DNA from: an uncultured bacterium
Lineage (GTDB): Bacteria; Eisenbacteria; RBG-16-71-46; CAIMUX01; WJJG01
Assembly: GCA_964482205.1 (NCBI GenBank)
Contig: CAYZWI010000009.1
Span: 79,586-143,585, forward strand
Reading direction: 5' to 3'
DNA: 64,000 nucleotides
The notes under the pieces are model-generated. The model ran no database searches. It was not told the origin of the DNA and saw only the letters and a program-made list of their open reading frames with translations. This document shows positions 57,916 to 64,000 of the stretch, piece by piece. The translations under genes were made by a program, and so were the position numbers. How positions within the stretch are numbered: position 1 is the stretch's first letter; every line of letters starts with the position of its first letter.

Positions 57916-59072
57916 AACGCCATTCCCTCTTGATCGGCATTGCGATCAGCGCGCTGTTTCTCTATCTCGCGTTCCGTCGGACGAACCTCTCCGAGGTGTG
58001 GTCGCATCTGGCCTCGGCGCGCTACATCTATCTGCTGCCCGCCTCGCTGCTCACCTTGCTCGCGTTCTGGATTCGCGCCATCCGTTGGGGAAGGCTCCTC
58101 TCTCCCTTGCGACGCATCTCTCCCGGGCCGCTCTTCAGCGCCACGATGATCGGCTTCATGTGCAACAATATCCTGCCGATGCGCCTCGGGGAATTCGTGC
58201 GCGCCTTCGTCATCGGACGCTCGAGCGGCGTGCGGCCGGCGGCGGCCTTCGCGACGATCGTGATCGAGCGGCTCTTCGATCTCTTCTCGATGATCGCGAT
58301 CTTCGGCGCGATTCTCGTCTTCTATCCCTTCCACAATCGCGTGTTCAAGGCGGGCGTGCTGATCGCCTTCGTATTCGGGCTCGCGGTGCTGGCATTCCTG
58401 GTGGTCCTGCGCTTGAAGGGCGACGCGCTGCTCGGCCGGGCGCGTGGAATTTCTCTTCGGCCGGGTGATCGCGCCGCGCGCTGGATTCCTGCGGTCCTGC
58501 GCGAGCGCCTGCTGGGCGCGCTTGCGAAGCTGCGCGACCGGCTGTTGCGCGCGCTCACCAGCTTTCGCGCCGGGCTCGAGATCTTCTCGGATGTCCGGCT
58601 GCTGCTGGTCGTCGGAGCGCTGACCCTGTCGATGTGGCTCTGCTTCGTCTTCGTGATCAAGTTCTGCTTCCAGGCCGCCAGGCTCGAAGAGGTGGCCAGC
58701 CTGCCTCCCATGGCGAGCCTCGTCGTCATGGTGGTGATGGCGATCGGCATCATGGTGCCTTCGGGCCCGGGCTTCGTGGGGACGCTGCAAGCGGCCGCGG
58801 TCCTGGGGCTGAGCATGGTCGGATATGGGGACCAGGGAAGAGCGCTCGGTTTTTCGATCCTCTACCACGCGACGCAGTGGTTTCCCATCGTCCTGGTGGG
58901 GCTCATCTGTCTCATGAAGGAACAGCTCTCCCTCTCGCAAGTGGGCCGGATCTCGGGCGAGAAGGTGCTTGGGGAAGAGCGGGCGGGCCCGGAAGCAGCG
59001 GCCGTCGCGCGCGACGCCGCCGCCGGAGGCCAGGGCGCAGGCGAGGGCGCGAACGACAGCGGGGGACCCTGA
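57912..59072 (+). CDS. Lysylphosphatidylglycerol-synthase-TM-like (UPF0104, flippase-like) integral membrane protein
   Basis: ATGA-coupled to the preceding gene. About 8 TM helices. N-terminal HSLLIGIAISALFLYLAFRRTNLSEVW is typical of the family. Confidence 0.6.
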   Translation: MKRHSLLIGIAISALFLYLAFRRTNLSEVWSHLASARYIYLLPASLLTLLAFWIRAIRWGRLLSPLRRISPGPLFSATMIGFMCNNILPMRLGEFVRAFVIGRSSGVRPAAAFATIVIERLFDLFSMIAIFGAILVFYPFHNRVFKAGVLIAFVFGLAVLAFLVVLRLKGDALLGRARGISLRPGDRAARWIPAVLRERLLGALAKLRDRLLRALTSFRAGLEIFSDVRLLLVVGALTLSMWLCFVFVIKFCFQAARLEEVASLPPMASLVVMVVMAIGIMVPSGPGFVGTLQAAAVLGLSMVGYGDQGRALGFSILYHATQWFPIVLVGLICLMKEQLSLSQVGRISGEKVLGEERAGPEAAAVARDAAAGGQGAGEGANDSGGP

Positions 59073-59458
59073 TTCGTGAGCGCGCGCCGTACCCTCGAGT
59101 CCCGAACCGGTTGACCATAAGGTATGGAGAATGGTAGCCTATATTCCTGTCGAAAGATGGGTTGCCCTTGTACCGAAAACTGGGAAGAAAGGAAGGTGAT
59201 GCTTAGCGAGTTGTTGTGATGCATGGACTTGACCGTTTCCACAGAGCCGCATGAGCCCCTTTCCGCGCCGATGCGCGACGCAGGGGTGGCGGCGCCGGAG
59301 CCGAGAGGCCCGGCGGGCGTGACCAGAGGCCTGCCCTTTTGGGAAGACTGCCCGACTATGGGTGGGCCAGAGAGGTGCGCTTTTTCTTTGCCCCGCCGGC
59401 ATCGGTCTGCTCGTTCCCTGGGCGAGGCCGTCCAGGCGAGACCCAGAAAGCTCGACCG

Positions 59459-60217
59459 ATGACGAACAAGCATGCGACAGGCGGGGAGGTCACATCTGCT
59501 GAAGTTCGCGGCGGCGCGCGCATGTCAGCGCTGGCGGCGGGCGGCGTCGCACGCGGCGGCGTCGAGCCCGGCCTCATCGACGCGGACCCTGCCCTCAGTT
59601 TCGTGCCCCGCACGTTCTATCAGAAGCGCGGCAAGCGGATGATGGATTTCGCCATCTCGTCGCTTGCGCTCCTCGCGCTGAGTCCGCTCTTTCTTCTGCT
59701 CTGCATCGCGATCCGCCTCGAGAGCCGCGGGTCGCCCTTCTATCTGTCCACGCGCCTCGGCCGGCAGGCGCGCCCCTTCGCCTTCATCAAGTTCCGCTCG
59801 ATGGTCGCGGGAGCGGACCGCATGAAGGCCGAGCTCGAGCACTTGAACGAGATGGACGGGCCGGTCTTCAAGATCCGGCACGATCCGCGCATGACGCGCA
59901 TGGGGCGCTTCCTGCGCAAGACCTCGCTCGATGAGCTTCCGCAGCTCATCAATGTGCTGCGCGGCGAGATGAGTCTCGTCGGGCCGCGCCCGCCGATTCC
60001 CGAGGAGGTGGAGCGCTACGAGCCGTGGCAACGGCGGCGGCTGTCGGTCACGCCCGGCATCACCTGCCTGTGGCAAGTGAGCGGCCGCAACAAGATCAGC
60101 TTCGCCGAATGGATGAAGATGGACATGGAGTACATCGATCGCCTCGGGTTGGGGATCGATCTGAAGGTGCTCGCGCTGACGCTACCCGCCGTGTTGCGCG
60201 GGGTGGGGGCGAGCTAG
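59459..60217 (+). CDS. Undecaprenyl-phosphate sugar-1-phosphate transferase (bacterial sugar transferase, WbaP/ExoY C-terminal type), initiating enzyme
   Basis: RLESRGSPFYLSTRLGRQARPFAFIKFRSM...DELPQLINVLRGEMSLVGPRP is the bacterial sugar transferase signature. The start is uncertain; ATG at 59459 was chosen. Confidence 0.8.
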   Translation: MTNKHATGGEVTSAEVRGGARMSALAAGGVARGGVEPGLIDADPALSFVPRTFYQKRGKRMMDFAISSLALLALSPLFLLLCIAIRLESRGSPFYLSTRLGRQARPFAFIKFRSMVAGADRMKAELEHLNEMDGPVFKIRHDPRMTRMGRFLRKTSLDELPQLINVLRGEMSLVGPRPPIPEEVERYEPWQRRRLSVTPGITCLWQVSGRNKISFAEWMKMDMEYIDRLGLGIDLKVLALTLPAVLRGVGAS

Positions 60218-60298
60218 AGGAAGAGACGCGGACGCTCTCGCCGCGTGGCGCGAGGAAACGGGAGCGTGAGGAGGATTCGGCCCAAGGCCGGCCAGACG

Positions 60299-61540
60299 AT
60301 GGCTCGTGACGGCGCACATCACCTCGTCTTCTTCAGCGACTGCGCGTACTACGCGGGCGCGGAGGCGTATGTCGGCATGCTCGCGGAAGCGGCGCCGGCG
60401 AACTGGCGCTTGTCCGCGATGACGCCCGAGGGAGAAGCGGGGGAAGGGCTCGCGCGGCGATTGGAGAAGGCGGGAGTGAAGGTGGCGCGCTTCCGTTCAC
60501 CCTCGTGGTCGCATCCCGGCGGCTGGAGCGAGATCGATCACCGGTTGCGAAGCTTCGGAGGCGACCGGCTGCACCTGAATCTGCCCTCGGTCTACGACTC
60601 GGCCTATTCGATTCCGGCGTTTCTCGCGAAGCGAGCGGGCTATCGCAGGGTGGTGACGACCGAGCATCTGCCCATGGTGCTGCGCGCCCGCCGCCGCATG
60701 CTCGTCAAGATGCTGACGACGACCGCCGTCGATGCGGTGATCGTGCACACGGCCTGGAATCGGGAACGGCTGGCCCACTATCATCATGTCCCGCTGAAGA
60801 AGATCGTCATCATTCCCAATGGCAGCGCCGAAGCGCCCGCGATGGCGCGTGAGGAGCGCGATCGCCTGCGCGCGCAATGGGGCGCGGGCGCGCACACGCG
60901 CGTGGCGGCGGTGGTCGCGCGGCTGACCGAACGCAAGGGCCATCGCGTTCTGTTCGAGGCGCTCGCGACGCACACGCTGCCCGAGTGGCGCTTGTGGGTG
61001 GTCGGCGAAGGAGAAGAGGAAAGCGCGCTGCGCGAGCAGGCCCGCAGGCTGGGACTCGCGGATCGCGTCACCTTTCTCGGATTCCAGGAGAAGGCGCGCG
61101 AGGTGATCCATGCCTGCGATCTCCTCGTGCTGCCTTCGATGATGGAGACGCAGCCGCTCGTGATCACCGAAGCGATGGCCTCGGCCCGCCCCGTGATCGC
61201 GACCGCCATCTACGGGATCCCTGAGATCGTCGCGGATGGAGTGACGGGTTGTCTCGTGCCGCCCAACGAGGCGGCTCCGCTCGCGCAGGCGATCGGGCGC
61301 CTGCTCGCCGATCGCGACCTGGCCGAACGCATGGGGCGCGCAGGGCGCGAACGCTACGAGCGGCACTTCACGCTCGCGCGCATGGCGGAGCGGACCTATC
61401 GGGTGATCGCGGGCGGCGATCCCGGCTGGGAATCCTCGGCGACCGGGGCGGCAGGGCCGACGGTCGAGCAGGCGGCCAAGGAGGCTGGGCGGACCACGGA
61501 AGCGGCGGCGGGCGGCGTGGAAACGGGGCGCGCGCGATGA
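60299..61540 (+). CDS. Glycosyltransferase family 4 (GT-B, RfaB-like)
   Basis: C-terminal GT4 region with the EX7E-type motif (ETQPLVITEAMASARPVIAT). Confidence 0.75.
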   Translation: MARDGAHHLVFFSDCAYYAGAEAYVGMLAEAAPANWRLSAMTPEGEAGEGLARRLEKAGVKVARFRSPSWSHPGGWSEIDHRLRSFGGDRLHLNLPSVYDSAYSIPAFLAKRAGYRRVVTTEHLPMVLRARRRMLVKMLTTTAVDAVIVHTAWNRERLAHYHHVPLKKIVIIPNGSAEAPAMAREERDRLRAQWGAGAHTRVAAVVARLTERKGHRVLFEALATHTLPEWRLWVVGEGEEESALREQARRLGLADRVTFLGFQEKAREVIHACDLLVLPSMMETQPLVITEAMASARPVIATAIYGIPEIVADGVTGCLVPPNEAAPLAQAIGRLLADRDLAERMGRAGRERYERHFTLARMAERTYRVIAGGDPGWESSATGAAGPTVEQAAKEAGRTTEAAAGGVETGRAR

Positions 61541-62712
61541 AGATCGCCATGGTGGGACAGAAGGGGATCCCCGCGACCTATGGCGGCATCGAGCGCCATG
61601 TCGAGGAGATCGCCACGCGTCTCGTCGAGCGCGGCCACGATGTGACCGTTTACAGCCGGCTCTACTACAGCCGCCATCGCGGCCCCTATCGGGGCATCGA
61701 GAACAAGCGTTTGCCGAGCCTGCGCACCAAGCACTTCGACGCGATCACGCATTCGGCGCTGGCCACCCTGCACGCCTCGCTGTGCCGCTACGACATCGTG
61801 CACTTTCACGCGCTCGGGCCCTCGGTCTTCTCCTTCCTGCCGCGTCTCGTGGGCAAGCGCACCGTGGTCACCGTGCACGGTCTCGACTGGCAACGCGGGA
61901 AGTGGGGCCGCTTCGCCTCGGCCTTTCTCAAGTTCTGCGAGGTTCCCAGCGTGCGCTTCCCCAGCGGAACGATCGTCGTCTCGCGCACGCTCGCGAAGTA
62001 TTTCCACGAGAAGCACAAGGCCCAGACCTTCGTCATTCCGAATGGGACCAACGCCGGAACCTACCGGCCGCCGAGCCGCATCAAGCGCTGGGGTCTCGAC
62101 AAGCATCCCTACATCCTGTGGGTCGGCCGCCTCGTGCCGGAGAAAGGCTGTCATCATCTGATCGAGGCCTTTCGCAAGACGCGCACGGACATGCGGCTCG
62201 TGATGGCGGGCGGCTCGAGCTTCTCCGACGACTACATCCAGTCGCTCGAGCGCCTCCGCGACGGGGACGAGCGCATCCAGATGATCGGCTATGTCTACGG
62301 GGAAGTGCTCGACGAGCTGTGGAGCAACGCGTACCTTGTGGTGCAGCCCTCGATTCTCGAAGGGCTCTCGATCGCGTTGATCGAGGCCTTGAGCTACGGG
62401 CGCTGCGTGCTGGTGAGCGACATTCCCGAGAACATCGAAGTCGTCGAGGATCGCGCGATCAGTTTTCGCTGCAGCGATGTCGAGGACTTGCGCGCGAAGT
62501 TGCAGATGTGCGTCGACCATCCCGACATGGTCGCGGCGACGGCCGAGCGCTGCAAGGCGCTGGCCGAGGAACGCTTCAGCTGGCCGCGTCTGGTGGAAGC
62601 GACCGAGGAGTTCTACGAGCGCGTGCTGCGCGGGGAGCGGCCGGGCGAGGTCTGGGGGTGCGAGCCGATGCCCGGCGAAGAACTCGGCCCGGGCGGCGAG
62701 CCCCACGCTTGA
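61537..62712 (+). CDS. Glycosyltransferase family 4 (GT-B)
   Basis: ATGA-coupled to the previous GT. MKIAMVGQKGIPATYGGIERHVEEI N-terminus and an E..E motif (EGLSIALIEALSYGRCVLVSD). Confidence 0.75.
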   Translation: MKIAMVGQKGIPATYGGIERHVEEIATRLVERGHDVTVYSRLYYSRHRGPYRGIENKRLPSLRTKHFDAITHSALATLHASLCRYDIVHFHALGPSVFSFLPRLVGKRTVVTVHGLDWQRGKWGRFASAFLKFCEVPSVRFPSGTIVVSRTLAKYFHEKHKAQTFVIPNGTNAGTYRPPSRIKRWGLDKHPYILWVGRLVPEKGCHHLIEAFRKTRTDMRLVMAGGSSFSDDYIQSLERLRDGDERIQMIGYVYGEVLDELWSNAYLVVQPSILEGLSIALIEALSYGRCVLVSDIPENIEVVEDRAISFRCSDVEDLRAKLQMCVDHPDMVAATAERCKALAEERFSWPRLVEATEEFYERVLRGERPGEVWGCEPMPGEELGPGGEPHA

Positions 62713-62781
62713 AGGGGCCAGGCCGGATGCGGGCGGCTGTCCGCATGCGCAAAGCCGCGCGGGATCCGGACGGAGATCGAG

Positions 62782-63846
62782 ATGCTTGAGGCGGTCATTC
62801 TGGCAGGAGGCCGGGGAGAGCGGTTCTGGCCGCTCAGCCGTCGCTCGCGTCCCAAGCAGCTCCTGCGTCTATTGGGCGAGCGCACCTTGCTGCGGGACAC
62901 CTGGGAGCGCCTGACTCTCGAGTTGGATGCCTCGCGCATTTGCGTGATCGGCGCGGCGGATCTCGAAGAACAAGTGCGCCGCGACCTGCCCGGTCTCCAC
63001 CCTGAGCGATTCATCGGCGAGCCTCTCGGGCGGAACACGGCCCCCGCGATCGCCGTCGCTGCCGCGCTCGGCGCGCGGGATGGACGCGATCCGGTGCAGC
63101 TCATCGTGCCGGCCGATCACTGGATCTCGAGCGGGGAAGAGTTCTGGAAGAGCATTCGCACGGCGGCCGGGCTGGCCGAGGCGGCGGATGCTCCGCTGGT
63201 CACGCTCGGCATTCCCATCGCGCGGCCCGAGCCGGGCTATGGCTACATCGAGCGCGGAGCGCCGCGCCAAGAAGCGGCCGGCGCATACGACGTCGTGCGC
63301 TTTCATGAGAAGCCCGATCGCGAGACGGCCGCCGCGTACATGCGGGAGCAGCGCTTCTACTGGAACGGCGGCATCTTCGTGTGGCGCGCGCGCGCGCTGC
63401 TCGCGGAAATCGCGGCGCACATGCCGGCGCTGCATCGATTGGTCGCGCCGCTCGTGGACGCGAGCGATCCCTGGCCGCTTCTGCCCGGCGTGTTCGCGAA
63501 AGCGGAAGCGCAATCGATCGACTTCGGGCTGTTGGAGCGCTCGAGCAAAGTCGTCGTCGTGGAAGCGCAATTCGACTGGAGCGATCTGGGCAACTGGATG
63601 AGCTGGAGCGAGCACAACGCGTCCGACGAGAGCGGCAACGCCTCGCGCGGGGATGTGCTCGCGCTCGATTCCTCCGGCAATCTGCTCTATTCCGACCAGG
63701 GCTTGATCGCGGCCCTCGGCGTTCGCAATCTCGCCATCATCCGAACCGGAGAAGTGACCCTGGTCGTCGACAAGGAGCGCTGTCAGGAAGTGCGGCGCAT
63801 CCTGGAAGCGCTGCGCAAGAAGCGCGAATTCGAGAAGTACCTTTGA
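62782..63846 (+). CDS. manC: Mannose-1-phosphate guanylyltransferase (GDP-mannose pyrophosphorylase, NTP-transferase domain)
   Basis: MLEAVILAGGRGERFWPLSRRSRPKQLL is the ManC/CpsB G-x-G-x-R-L signature. About 354 aa, no PMI domain. Confidence 0.8.
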   Translation: MLEAVILAGGRGERFWPLSRRSRPKQLLRLLGERTLLRDTWERLTLELDASRICVIGAADLEEQVRRDLPGLHPERFIGEPLGRNTAPAIAVAAALGARDGRDPVQLIVPADHWISSGEEFWKSIRTAAGLAEAADAPLVTLGIPIARPEPGYGYIERGAPRQEAAGAYDVVRFHEKPDRETAAAYMREQRFYWNGGIFVWRARALLAEIAAHMPALHRLVAPLVDASDPWPLLPGVFAKAEAQSIDFGLLERSSKVVVVEAQFDWSDLGNWMSWSEHNASDESGNASRGDVLALDSSGNLLYSDQGLIAALGVRNLAIIRTGEVTLVVDKERCQEVRRILEALRKKREFEKYL

Positions 63847-64000
63847 GGGAACGGGACGCAGCTGTTCCGAGCGCGGCAGCGGGGATCCTGGAATCTGTGC
63901 GTAGGTGGTCGGGATGGTTGCGTTCTGAGGCGAGCAAGGAGGAGAGACGAGCGCCATGCGCCTGCAGATGATGCCATGTCGTTGGGCAAGGAGCTGCATG

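Noticed and set aside
59149-59235. 28-codon Cys-containing ORF (MENGSLYSCRKMGCPCTENWEERKVMLS) in the AT-rich island
   Set aside because: Too short, no RBS, and its composition is unlike the genome's coding regions. Probably non-coding.
1-64000. tRNA, rRNA, CRISPR arrays, transposases/integrases
   Set aside because: Non-coding gaps were scanned by eye for T-loop (GTTCGAATC-like) motifs and for regularly spaced direct repeats, and none were found. No ORF shows DDE, tyrosine or serine recombinase signatures. Eye scanning is not exhaustive; tRNAscan-SE or Infernal should confirm.

Overview
The window is a high-GC (~70%) chromosomal segment from a diderm bacterium. It is almost entirely coding, with most genes on the + strand in short-overlap operons. 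The taxonomic guess, resting on the DUF3108 protein and the other lineage-suggestive genes noted below, is the FCB superphylum, e.g. Gemmatimonadota-like; this is inference, not shown by the sequence. In order along the window: (1) a type IV pilus block with pilM-pilN-pilO-pilP(-like)-pilQ-pilT, a 49-aa membrane ORF and prepilin peptidase pilD. (2) A split hldE, with heptose kinase and adenylyltransferase as separate genes. (3) A bacterial P-loop protein of the cyclic-2,3-diphosphoglycerate-synthetase-like (COG2403) family, with its own promoter and 5' hairpin, then ndk. (4) yceD-rpmF-plsX-fabD-acpP-fabF-rnc, with fabH and fabG absent from the cluster. (5) A convergent FadL/PorV-like outer-membrane barrel and a Trp-rich lipoprotein on the - strand. 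(6) A TPR protein, then an ECF sigma factor, a zinc-finger (ZAS) anti-sigma factor and an HtrA-like protease. (7) efp-accB-[second PilT-family ATPase]-accC. (8) lptG-lptF on the - strand. (9) Divergent from lptFG, a giant gene of about 6.7 kb encoding a roughly 2,240-aa signal-peptide-bearing outer-membrane beta-barrel protein that ends ...SASFSF. I interpret it as SprA/Sov-like, i.e. a type IX secretion translocon candidate. It carries three tandem RGD-containing repeats near the N-terminus and an internal +1 frame break near 35,976-35,982, and is followed by an M28/glutaminyl-cyclase-like lipoprotein. (10) rimP-nusA-infB-DUF503-rbfA-truB-ribF-rpsO-pnp. (11) DUF3108 plus a hypothetical protein, translationally coupled. 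(12) An exopolysaccharide locus with PEP-CTERM/exosortase-type architecture: Wza-like exporter, PCP chain-length determinant, ExeA-like AAA ATPase, BY-kinase-like protein whose Walker A lysine is replaced by alanine, NTase-fold protein, alkaline-phosphatase-family protein, LPG-synthase-like membrane protein, priming sugar transferase, two GT4 glycosyltransferases and ManC. No rRNA, tRNA, CRISPR or transposase was recognised. Many long antisense ORFs in the six-frame track are high-GC artefacts.
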